Source of the DNA: Euprymna scolopes
Taxonomy: Eukaryota
DNA: 64,000 bases
Direction: 5' to 3' (one strand)
Assembly (NCBI GenBank): GCA_053919585.1
Contig: CM132793.1
Part shown: positions 52,785-64,000 of the stretch, in pieces
Numbering within the stretch: the stretch's first letter is position 1
Layout of the letters: each line of letters starts with the position of its first letter
Position numbers and translations under genes: made by a program
Notes under the pieces: generated by a model
What the model saw: the letters and a program-made list of their open reading frames with translations, nothing else
The model's database searches: none
Told to the model about the DNA's origin: nothing

Positions 52785-53443
52785 CTAGCATGTATACCCG
52801 GCGTTGTCCGGGTGGATATGAAGTTTGGTTTGGACCCAGCTGCTGTACTAAGGATATTAAGCGCTTTCATCGATACCTCTACAACAATTTCAAAAATGAA
52901 ATCGCCCCAAAAAAGTAGGTGACAACTTCCCCACCAGATATTTCGGCAGAAGGGATATTAAGAGAAACACTTTTTTTGCCCATGTGCTGCCCCCCCCCCC
53001 CCAAATAAATGAATCCAAACAACTTTACTTTCAATCAAAATAGTACATGTGACTAAAAAAAAAAAAAAAAAAAAATTAGCTACAGCTCAAATCTGAAATG
53101 TGAAAGAGGGAAAGAAGGGAAAAAAAAAAACCTAACGTGCTAGCTGTCATGGTCATGACAACTTATGACATCCTGACCCTTCAAAATAACATTTTTTAAA
53201 GATACATTCTGTTTGCTAAAATCTCGACACAAAAAGTGACCCCTCCTTACAAGAAATGGTTCAGTTGATCGCCACAGAATTAATATTTTTTCTAATTTTC
53301 AGATATTATTAGGGATTGGTCTTTCAGATGGTACCAGTTTCGACCCAGTCTGATGTGGCTAATGAAAGTTTTAGCTAGACATACAAACATACATACATTC
53401 ACGCACATACACATTAACAGACAGGTGAGATTTATATCATAGA
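52785..53443 (-). mobile_element. Helitron-like element (family B) in a POMGNT1 intron
   Basis: a|ctag...acccggcgttgtccgggt hairpin; the other end matches the start at 13908. Confidence 0.8.
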
Positions 53444-54356
53444 AGATTATATGCTTACTTGCAAACATATATATAAAAAACTCAAATGACCTTGTAACGA
53501 GTGATGTAACCAACTTTCCGGTTTACGACATCCAGTTGCGCATGCATGCATAAACATTAACCCATAACAATGTAAACAAATAAACACAAATCGCTTCTTT
53601 TGCAGATTTTGACCTGCGCACTGAAATATTAACATAATTATTTCAAAATTATTATTTAACATGGGAAGAGTGGGAGTGTTTTGCAACTATTCTTTATTAC
53701 AACTATACTGTCGCTATTTTCTTGCAACTAAACAACTTTAACCCGTTGACAAACATAAGAACAATTGTAGTAAAGCCAAGACTACTACTACTACTACTCT
53801 CTATCCGTCCCTTTTCCTTCCTTCTTTTTTATTTTTTGTTTACATTTCTAGATACAAAATAGTTGTGTGAGAACGATGAATTTGTTGACACATTTACTAA
53901 TCTGTTTCAATATTAGTTTTATTTTATTTTATTTATTTAGGTTTTATTTTTTTGCTTCAAGTTTTATGAATTATTTTTTTTTTAGATTTTAAGTTTCTAT
54001 AACTTGGTTGAAGGATTCCAATATGGGTTTTTCAGTCTTATATTTTTCATCGGTAGGTTCATGTGCGTTTTTGCTGCTAAATGACTTTCTTCGGCGTTCG
54101 ATTCATAGGAAAATCATGTTTAATTTTGGATTTTTGAGCGATTATTCGGAAAAATAGGTAACTTTACACCAATAGGGAAGATTTTTTGTTTTCATGTTTG
54201 AGTTATCCGTCCGTGATTTTTCATTTTAATATACTTTCATAGAAATGTTTCTGTTATGTCAAAAAAAAAAATTTTCTTTACATCACAAGTGTCACGCTCA
54301 TACATGAATTCCATAGCTAATATAACATACTGACCCAAGGAGTCATGGGTAGTCTA

Positions 54357-54357
<1 letters not shown>

Positions 54358-54416
<59 letters not shown>
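54358..54416. repeat. (TA)n microsatellite; others near 12551, 12953, 16213, 35568, 39728, 47230 and 56598, with (GA)n near 54878 and (TAT)n near 21500
   Basis: Read directly from the sequence. Confidence 0.95.
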
Positions 54417-54418
<2 letters not shown>

Positions 54419-54873
54419 ACCCCTTCATTGATATCAAGTGAGTGACATTACCAAATTTGGTCATTCAGTATCTGGTGGTTACTTTGGTGAAACCCTTGGG
54501 TGTTACAAGGTAACACCACTTCCTCCACATTGTGCAAAGATTAAAAGGGCAAATTGTCCGGCACTAGTCACAAAAGTTTGTATCTCTGTGGAGCAATGGT
54601 CATTTCAAACTAAAAGAAAGAAAGCATTACACTTTGATGACTTTTTTTTTTTATTTATTTATTTTTTTTTTGATAAAGTAACACTAAATATTTGAAAGAT
54701 TATACACTCTGGTACTTCACAAGTTTCTGGACAGTGTTAAGTCTGCGTGATTTTTGAGTTTATCGATTTCAACCCTAACTCAAAGTGTCAGTCTTTTAAC
54801 AGCATGGGGTCAGTGAGCAGAGCGGATTCACTGAAGCTTACTTATGCACTGACTTATATTTAGACTGGGAGGG

Positions 54874-54915
<42 letters not shown>

Positions 54916-55171
54916 AAAATGATAGGAGTACAACTTCATTGATTATTTAATATGCTCAAATTTAGCTGTTATTTTTTTATTTCAATATAATCCATTTAGA
55001 CTACAGATTCCTCCTTATGGACATTGTAGAAGACAGTTAATTAATAAATTGATTGATTAATTAATTGAATTATTACTTTGATTTTTTTAAAATTCTATTT
55101 AATTCTAATGAAAAATGTCTTTTAGTTCACAAATTTTAATATATTTATGCTACTCAGCGATACATTTTTAC

Positions 55172-55744
55172 TAGGATGGAATACTGTTGCCATATCTGGG
55201 CAGTAGCTGCTAAAAACAGCCTATCCTGCCTTGACAGAGTACAAAATAGACTTCGTGGCTTAGTGGGGGATGCCCTTTTCTCTACCCTGCAACCTCTCTC
55301 CCACAGAAGAGACGTTGCGAGCCTATCCTTGTTTTATCGCTATTTCCATGGCAGGTGCTCGTCTGAACTCCAATCTCTGGTCCCCCCTCGCCAATCTTTC
55401 ACGAAAAACACCCGTCTAGCTGAATCCACTGTGAAAAATTTCCCCCACTCTATATCTGTGCCTAAATCAAAACGCGGATTCCATGAACAAGCTTCTTTCT
55501 TAGAACTGCACGCCTGTGGAACTCTGTTCCATCTGCCTGCTTCCCACCGGACTACAACTTGGATGTGTTCAAGTCCAACGTTAACAAATTCCTAATGAAC
55601 CACCCCCTTAAGTAAACACTTCATCAAATCTCCACACTAACGTAATGTACTTGCAATAACCCTTATCCCTGAGTGGCTTCCGGGCCTTGATAAGTGGTGA
55701 TCACTGTGTTAAAAAAAAAAAAAAAAAAAAAAAAAAGAAAAAAA
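55172..55744 (+). mobile_element. 5'-truncated CR1-type LINE 3' end with poly-A
   Basis: MEYCCHIWA...LQPLSHRRDVASLSLFYRYFHG, then a 3' UTR ccttgataagtggtga and an A tail. Confidence 0.93.
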
Positions 55745-56594
55745 GAGTTTACATTCTAATGAAAATTTTCTCTTTTTGAAAACGCGTGGATTAAAGATTT
55801 TCTTTATTATAATTCCTTGTTTGAATTTCTGATGGATTAATAAATATTGCAATTTATTCAATTTTTATTTGCATCATCAATTTTTCTTGTTTTCTACGTA
55901 TACTAACAGGCCTCGTTTCCTGATATTGTTCGGGGGAATATAAAAGAATGCTAACAAAATATGAAGTATTTTTTAATGAATGTAAAAGGTTAAAATTAAT
56001 TTATTTGTGTTTACATGTACATACCTGTTGTGGAGAAATCACCCTCCAAATGGACTGTTCTATCCATTATATAAACCATAGACCTTTTGATCCCAGGTGT
56101 GGATTAAACACCAGAGCGACCCTCGCCTGCTCGGTGACTTTTACTACTCTTTTCAGTTGTAACCTTTTTACGTTGTTGTTCCAGTAATACATTGTTTAAA
56201 CTCTATTCCGTTGTTCTGTTTTCTTTGTGGCTTATTGCAAGCCATGACAATACCCCAAAATATAATTTGCTTTATTTCGATACTAATTCTTATTTGAGTC
56301 CTGTAAATTAATGAAATTGTATTCTTTTGTATGAAGTGATCATTAGGGACCTCCAATGCTTGCCATAGAATCAGTGACTGTATATTTTACGAAACTGTTT
56401 ATAGGCATTGTTTATTTATGGATGTAGCAAAAGTGTAAAATATGAATAATAAAATTTAATAATTAGAAAAAAATAGGAAGCCTTTTATCCAAATTCTATG
56501 TTTAAAACTGAACATTTTGGAAAAATCGAATGTAAATCATTTAAATCTTTAAAAAATTATTTTCTAGAATGTTTTTTCTTTATAGTTTAGTAGA

Positions 56595-56643
<49 letters not shown>

Positions 56644-56914
56644 TATAAATAAGAAATTGTATTTTTTTTTTTTTCAAACAACAATATTGAATTGCTTATT
56701 TATGAATTCACAGTAAACATTAAATAAATATTATTTCAATATATATAATGTTAAAATTCAGAGGGAGCATAATATATTTTTAGATTTCATAAAATGAAAT
56801 GGGATGGGGCCATAATGTACAAAAATATGAAATGTTAATGAAGCAATATTGGAAAATGCAGTATATTTTCATTTTCTGTACTCTTTCCATGAAGGAGAAA
56901 TTTTTTGTGTAGGA

Positions 56915-57090
56915 GCTGAACAAAGCTTCTCTCCTAGAACTGTCCACCTGTGGAACTCTGTTTCGCTGGCATGCTTTCTAGCTGACTACAATATGGTTGT
57001 CTTCAAGTCCAATGCAAACAAATTTTTGTTGAGCTGTCCCACTTAATAAAATTCTACCCAATTTTTACCACTAACGATCACTATACTATG
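56915..57090 (+). mobile_element. Decayed CR1-type 3' fragment
   Basis: SFSPRTVHLWNS...FKSNANKFL. Confidence 0.8.
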
Positions 57091-57699
57091 TCCAAAAAAG
57101 GAAGATGCATTTTACTCATTCTAAACATGGGGAGATGGAGAAGGTTGGGGGCATGGTTACCTATTTTGTACTTTCATCCAACAATTTAATAAACATGCCT
57201 ACCATTAAAAATTAATTTAACTTGAAATTCCTAACAAAAAAAAAAATTAAAAAAAAAAAAAAAAAACATAACGGTAAATTTTGATTATCTTATCCCCCCC
57301 CCCCCTGAAAAATTCAAAATTTACATTTTTTTTTTTTTTGCTATTACGTTTCTACATCTAAAATAAAATAACTTCAAATAAGGAAAGATTCTTCTCATCT
57401 TTAACCTGGGATAATTTTGAATAAAGAACTCTTGTTCTCTTATCTTAATAAAATGAAATCATCAGGGTTAGTATAATTTGTAGAATTACAAGCTTTTTTT
57501 TTTTTTGCAAGTGGGAGAGAGCTTGTCTTGATAATTATGTCAGCATATAAGAACCATTAATCACGCCCATGCTTTTTTTAATAGAAAAAAAGGAGCAGGG
57601 TGAGTGGGGTTGGCTTCAAGACCTGTTCAAAATCAAGTTATTTGATAGTTTAAAATTTTCCCAGATGTTGTAGACAAGCAGTATTTATATCCAACACCA

Positions 57700-58240
57700 T
57701 AATGGTTAAATTCTCATTTTTTGAATGTCCATTTTATATGCTACTATGTGTTGGACGGTTTCAAAAACTTATTTTCAAACTAATTTATCTCTGACCAGGT
57801 CTCTATTCACACCTCTTTCCCTAAAGTCATTCCTTATCACTTCCTTGCATGTTTTCTTTGGCCTTTCCCTTTCAACTAGCCCTGCTATTTTAGCTGTTCA
57901 ACATCTAATCTAAGAATTCTCATTTATTCTTACAAAGTTTCCTTACTGAACACATTGTCCTATACTGTTCAGATTTAATCTTCTGAGGCCATCAGACCTA
58001 AGCCTGTCTTTAAAACTCACATTAACACCCATTATATCATTCTCATATCAGTTCTCTCCATACAACACATGTCCTCAACCCTCACTGGCCATGTTCCACT
58101 TCCCTTTATCATCACATTATACTGTTTAGATTGAATCCACCTAAAATCATTAGATCTAAGCTTGTTTTCAAAGCTCACTACACATCCATTGTATCATTCT
58201 CTCCATGCAATGCATGTCCTCAACCCTCACTGGCCATGTT
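57700..58240 (-). mobile_element. Decayed RTE-like LINE 3' fragment with an internal duplication
   Basis: The reverse complement gives a GRPKKT-like motif; atgtcctcaaccctcactggccatgtt occurs twice (~58068 and ~58214). Confidence 0.5.
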
Positions 58241-58433
58241 TCAATTCTTTACATCTTCAATATGACGTAGGATACATTTTGAAGTGATATTACAGTTGCT
58301 AAATGAGAAAATAATATACTGTAAGATTCTGCTTGATAAATACTTCTTTAGATTCCTATGTGAATAATCTGGTGAAAAGCAATTCATATGGTTAGGGGAA
58401 ATGTACATCCACACTGTTAAGTTAAATAAAATA

Positions 58434-58988
58434 CAATGTCTTTCAAAAGTATTGGACACATTTGGACGTTGAATATCTCGAGAACTATTAAGGATATAAA
58501 AACGCATCTGGTATAGTCAGAAAGTTTGTAATCAAGTTTTTCATGTAAAGTGCAAAGATGTGAGCACCATTATTCACATGACACACATCAAACCAATAGT
58601 CCAATTGTTGACAAACACGTCCCAGCATTGTGTTGTCAATGGCTTCAACAGCTTCTGTTATTCAGACTTTCAGCTCATCCACGAAGCACCACATAGACCA
58701 TGCCATCTCACTATAGACTTCCTATCTGGTGGCTGTTTTCCAAAACTTTTTTCAAAATGCATGTTGAACAAGTGTCCATGATTTAGTTTTTGCACACAAA
58801 ATGCATTTTCTGGTTGAGTGAACATCATTACTAGATCTGAAAAGAAATGAAATGAAAAAAATCAATAGCAAAATTACAAAAATCTTAATGAATTTAGCCT
58901 TAAAATGGCACCACTTTCATCTTACTACTATTCATATTTAAGCAGATATGAGAACTTGAAATGTGCCCAAGACTTTTGGAACACCCTG
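58434..58988. mobile_element. Non-autonomous Tc1/mariner element
   Basis: TIRs caatgtctttcaaaagtattggacacattt and aaatgtgcccaagacttttggaacaccctg, with TA and CA flanks. Confidence 0.7.
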
Positions 58989-59330
58989 CATATTTTAAGT
59001 GAAAATGGGGGTCATCTATTTCTTCAGTAGTGGATGGGCATATATGAGAGAAAGGTATTGAGACAACAGCTTCAACTCTAAACCATAAGAAAGAGGAGCA
59101 GAATAATATGCATAGCCTCATGGGGGAGGGGGGCGGTATTGTATAACAAATAATAGTTTAATCTTAAATGAAGAAAATTTTTATGCTTGTCCAGAATATC
59201 CCCTCCCCAGAGAGATTCTGGATATGTGCCAAATTTTTGTCATTAAATAGAGAGGAAATATATGTATATGTATTTGAAAATTATTTTGTATATTGATATC
59301 ATTAGAAATTATGTGAAATCTTTGTTTCAG

Positions 59331-59396
59331 GTTTTGCATGATGAAGAAGTTGAGAAAAACCGTGGCATTCATGTAATCGTCTTAAATCAAGCCACT
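59331..59396 (+). CDS. POMGNT1: POMGNT1 coding exon 4 (stem/lectin-like domain), VLHDEEVEKNRGIHVIVLNQAT; the gene continues beyond the window
   Basis: Acceptor tttgtttcag, donor gtaagt, 66 nt. RGIHVIVLNQAT is identical to the recalled human POMGNT1 motif. Confidence 0.95.
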
Positions 59397-59999
59397 GTAA
59401 GTAATTTTACTGAATTCTTCAAATCTTCTATGGCTAAAAAAAAATCTTTTCTTTTTGTTGTATTTTTACTTTTTATTTTATTTTTATATCTTTTGTATTT
59501 TTTATAACTTTATACTTTTTTATTCCTTGTTTTTGACTGTTCAATTTTTAATTTATTTTACCTTTTTATTTTTTATTCTTTTATTATGTATACTTTGTTT
59601 GCAATTTGAATACTCTTTTTAATATATACAGACTTAACATCAGCCCTCTATTTCAAGAAAACCCCATTTCTATTTATACCCTATAACTCCATATGATCAT
59701 CAGAGCATCTACCTTTATTCTCTTCTATTCTTTTCTCGATAGTAAAGGCACATCTCCGCATATGAACACATACATTGAATATATACCCTATAACCTACCA
59801 TAGCAAACTACGCAACCACTTTACATATTACTTATATCCACAATGTGGTATCAACAATTTTCTTCCTGTATCACATTAATTACTGTAATTCTCCTATCTT
59901 CCTCCCTCCATAGTTTCAATTTATTACCTTTTTCCTCTCGCTCCCAATGTAGTTTTCGTTAGACGTTGCATTTCTATTATGTTACCTAACATCTTCTCC

Positions 60000-60047
60000 C
60001 TTTTCTGATGAGAAGCATTAGGCTTCAAAATACCTAGGTATAAAGAG
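60000..60047 (+). ncRNA. Type I hammerhead motif with a G12A change (probably inactive), in a POMGNT1 intron
   Basis: CUUUU CUGAUGA GAAGC-AUUAG-GCUUC AAA AUACCUAGGUAU A AAGAG: stems I and II plus a perfectly palindromic stem III; CGAAA reads CAAAA. Confidence 0.65.
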
Positions 60048-60683
60048 TTTACTTATCCTACACCTCTAATTGATGTAATCTAGATATTGAATAAACGATT
60101 AAATTTCTATGCATCAGTGTATATTTTTATATTACCGTTCTTTCATTCTAGTTTAAAGAAGAATAAATAATTAATGATTTGCGTAAACATGCACGATGCG
60201 GTTGCATGTTTACGATCGGTGCAAATAACTTGCTGCAAATGAGAGATGTTCAGACGGGAAATTTACTTTGACTTTATATTGGGCCACCTAGAATTTCTCT
60301 TTGAAAAAAAAAAAAAAAATGTCTTTCCTTAAATGGTGGTTCATGCTGAGAGATACAGACTCTGAAAATATAATGTTCAAGATTGTGTGCAGATGGTCTT
60401 TTTTGAGTAGTAGGTACTGGCTAGTCATTATCTCCAGTGGATATCTGAATGACTGAATGGGGATGACTGAGAAAAAGACTGCACCTCGAAAATTTCTGGT
60501 GCAAAATACATATATTCAAGGAGATGGGCTGAAGAGATCAGTTATTCTTGGCTCTTTGAGTGTCACAGAGGCGGTTTAGTTTTCTGGAGACTGAAAGGAG
60601 TTGGGTCTGCGTATCTCTCCAAACAAAATAGGTCCTGCGATTTTTGTTTTGATTCCGAAAAAAATCTCTCATTTGACAATGTA

Positions 60684-61481
60684 TGATGTGCCTTCAATCA
60701 GTTTTCAAACTTTTTTGTATGGACATTTAAAATTGTCGTGCACTTTTGAAAATTGAGTATGTTATTAAATGAACAGCTACAACAAGAATTGGAATGCACC
60801 TTATTAAAGCCTGATTGTCACAGTTGGTGAATTTCAAAAATGCAATCTGGATGTGAGGACACTTTAGAAGAACAATATGCAATAAAATTCTGTTTTAAGG
60901 AAGTCAGGGAGTTTGTGAGAAAGTCAGAACACCATAGTTGATAGGCCAAATAAAGATTTTCATGCATAAGAACTGTCGTGTGTCTATAGAGACAATAAGT
61001 GCACAGTTAGATGTCAGTGTGGGAACTGTACACACAATTATTCGCAAGGAACTGAAGATGCGGAAGATTTGCGTGAAGTTTGTTGCAAGGGTGCTTAGAG
61101 AAGATCAGAAAAAAGACGTTATGACCAAAATGGGCATCAAGACAGTTCCTCACCCTCCCTATAGTCTAGACCTTGCTCTCCGTGACTTTTGGTTATTCCC
61201 TAAGCTTAACGAAAATCTTAGAGGTTGTCATTATGAGGCAATTGAGAAGATGAAAAAGGCTGTCATTATGAGACAAGTAAGGAGATGAAAGAGTCTGAGA
61301 TGAGGATCATTGACATGCTCACATAAGAGGATTTCCATGGGGTCTTCCAGAAGTTTTGGGAACAGTTTGACAAGTGCAGTGCAGACGGAAGAAATTACTT
61401 CAAAGAGGACTAGAGTTTCATGCATATACTATCAATAAGTGTCCGTATGAAAAATGTCTCAAAATTTATTGAGGCACCTTG
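60684..61481 (+). mobile_element. Second deleted copy of the same mariner family, flanked by TA
   Basis: Same TIRs; ORF 60938-61288 contains HPPYSLDLALRDFWLFPKL. Confidence 0.92.
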
Positions 61482-62729
61482 TAACCTTTGAAAAATAAAC
61501 CTTTTTGAACTGGAGTTGTGGCTTTATTTGGTAGGAGAATTCTTCACTTGCAGATCACATTGCTATCAGTGTTAGAATCAAACAACCTTGGACTGACAAA
61601 ATTAACTGCAAAAATTATGAAAAATAATAAGCTAGAAAATTAATTATCAATGAAAGTAGTTTTTGAAAACAATTAACGAAAAATTGAGTTTTGGTAAAAA
61701 AAAAAAAAAAAATAAATAAACTGGAGAGTTAGAATTGTAACAAGGGAGGAAATTATTTTCTGATAACTTTGAAAATCTTAGGCCAATTTAGCAAGACTCA
61801 ATTTTCTCTAATTGTCTTTGAAAACTGTTTTAATTAATAATTAATTATCTACCTTATCATTTTCCATAATTTTTGGATGTGTCTATTATTGCGATATGAC
61901 GGTTAAGTAGATACCATTAGTTTTACTTGAAATTCAATATTTTATTATCATAACAAAGAAGCACCAAAATTCTATTCATTATTAATTATGAATAAAATAA
62001 AAATTATAATGTTCATTTTAGTAAATTGCTAAGATCTTTTAACTAAAAATATTAATCCGGAGAATAATGTTAGAATATGAGTGAAATTGAACAACGCAAC
62101 AACATTATATATTCATTATATTGCCCCTACTTGTCTACATTGCCAAGTAGTTTCTTTACTTTCATTTTTATTTGAATTAGAATTTTAATTTTTTTTTAAT
62201 TTATGCTTTTTTTGTGTTACCAAATTATTTCTTTTTTATTGGAATTTGAATGTTAAGTTTAATTATTATTATGGTATCATTTGGTTATTAAATTATTAAT
62301 TGAACCAAATTGTTGCAAAGTTAGAAATAATTTTGTTAAGGTAATGTTTTAATCTCTGTTTATAAAATTGTTGGATGTAAATAACTTTCAAAATCGTCAA
62401 TCTTTTAATACAGAATTTGCTAAGAATTTTAAAGTCAGAAATTGCTTTCTATTCGATAGTTTAAATTCTTCTAAATTCCTTTAAAATTTCAATGGGTCAT
62501 GAAGTAATTTATTCTTTTTTGTTTTTCAACTATTAAACAAATTAACATGACTGACTTGATATCAAAGAAACTGAAATGCATTATGATGGATTTAATTTTG
62601 TAGTTAAAGTATTTAAAAACATGTTTAAAAACATTGTTCTTTTTTTTTTTTTTTTTTAAAACTCTATTACATTTATTTCAATAAATAATTGACTTATAGA
62701 AGATAAAATTAATGTGTAATTCACATAAC

Positions 62730-63255
62730 ACAACACTCAATAAGTCCTGGGCTTGCCATATAAATGACATGTCTATTAAAAAAATCCACATAATGTTTAT
62801 AACGTACTAACCTTCAACATGAATATGTCAAAATTTAAACCCAATCAAGTGTACAAATTATAATTATTTAAGGGAAATTACTGATGCAAATTTTGAAAAT
62901 GAAAATTAAAAAAAAATTTTGTGTGTTGATAAAGAATTGCTTTCTGATGGATAAAAATACTGCTCAAGCAAAGGGATGGCTTTGAAACACCAAAAGTATC
63001 AAAAAGTGGTATGCTGATTTTAAATGCAGTTGTATAGGCATAAATGATGCTGAACGCTTTTACATTGCCCAAATTTGTTAACCTAGAAAACATTTTTTAA
63101 AAAGTTGACAAAATTGCTTTGGCTAATTGTGTATTGAAATTGTATGAGATGAAGATATCATAAAGCAGTGTATTCACAATTTTGCATTTGTTCATAAGAA
63201 AGCTGTATTCAAAATGTGTGCTGTGTTTGTTCACAGTTGATAAAAAAGAACAATT
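62730..63255 (+). mobile_element. Decayed mariner 5' part from a different family
   Basis: Degenerate N-terminal transposase reading (VLIKNCFLMDKNTAQAKGWL...KKWYADFK...NDAER). Confidence 0.7.
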
Positions 63256-63289
63256 TGAATTTTACCAAGTATGATTGCAATTCGCTTGT

Positions 63290-63590
63290 ATATGACGCTC
63301 TTTTGGAGGTTGAAGGTTCAATCCTCAGTGCAAGTGATACTCAGAATACAAGTGCAAATTAAGACTTTTACTCGATCATGGCTGACAGAACAAGAGCATG
63401 CTATCCTCGTGGATTAAATAAAGAGTTCTGTTTGAAATTCCGTGCAGATTTCCAAGTTTGACAGAAAGATCTCAGAGTTTAACAAGATACATCTAAAGAA
63501 GATCGAAGATTACATCAGCTGAAACGTAAAAATAATGCAGAAGATGAGAGCGGTTGTCCAAATAATCCAAACAATATGAATTATGACTTT
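63290..63590 (+). mobile_element. Dispersed SINE-like / Penelope-tail repeat with B-box-like head and decayed hammerhead
   Basis: GGTTCAATCC at 63315-63324; body catggctgacagaacaaga...tggattaaataaa shared with 9480-9740(-); tail ctaaagaagatcg...cagctgaaacgt. Confidence 0.6.
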
Positions 63591-63678
63591 TGTTGATTAG
63601 TATTAAATGGCGCTTGTATTTTAGGAAGTGTAAAGACCAATGACTAGATTGAGACTAAACAGCAAAACAATGAGTCAG

Positions 63679-63830
63679 ATTTTTTTTTTCGTTTTCTTAT
63701 TTCATTTTTTTTTTTTTTCGTTTTCTTATTTCATTTTTTTTTTTTTCGTTTTCTTATTTCATTTTTTTTTTGTTCGTTTTCTTATTTCATTTTTTTTTTT
63801 TTTTCGTTTTGATTTTTTTTTCGCTTTGAT
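63679..63830. repeat. Tandem cgttttcttatttcat(T)n repeat, 4 copies
   Basis: Read directly from the sequence. Confidence 0.9.
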
Positions 63831-64000
63831 TTGTTTTCGTTTGGATTATTTTTCTTTTTAAGCTGATTCAACAGTTATATAGACACAAAGCATTGGTGAA
63901 TGTCTTTCTATGACATAAAGAATGCTACTCCTCTTCTCATAAAAGAAAACTTCAAATAGAATATATTTCAATCAAGAATAGTCAACGATGTCACTAGGTG

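Noticed and set aside
41580-55600. Inverted CR1 copies flanking exons 2-3 as drivers of circRNA formation
   Set aside because: The copies belong to clearly diverged subfamilies with frequent mismatches, so stable long-range pairing is doubtful.

Overview
AT-rich, repeat-dense animal genomic DNA. The repeat types look like those of a mollusc, possibly a coleoid cephalopod, but that is recall and not verified. One host gene is supported: the 5' part of a + strand POMGNT1 orthologue. It has four coding exons (40870-40995, 49335-49431, 52098-52219, 59331-59396) that splice in frame to give a cytoplasmic tail, transmembrane anchor and start of the stem domain; the rest lies beyond the window. The remainder is mostly transposon debris: a ~3.1 kb frameshifted CR1/L2-group LINE (APE+RT) inserted antisense into a 29-30 bp minisatellite, about eight other CR1-type fragments, about a dozen non-autonomous Helitron-like elements, deleted mariner/Tc1 and hAT elements, RTE and Dong-like remnants, and microsatellites. 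The most unusual signal is a set of type I hammerhead-ribozyme motifs from several unrelated families, of the kind seen in Penelope-like elements and retrozymes. These are (i) a spacerless 175-bp palindrome with one U3-A8 variant hammerhead on each strand, 170 bp upstream of the first POMGNT1 coding exon; (ii) a near-perfect intronic hammerhead disabled by one CpG-type change; and (iii) a dispersed SINE-like repeat joining a possible Pol III B-box head to a hammerhead tail. All calls were made by eye, with no searches or folding runs, so repeat boundaries are approximate.
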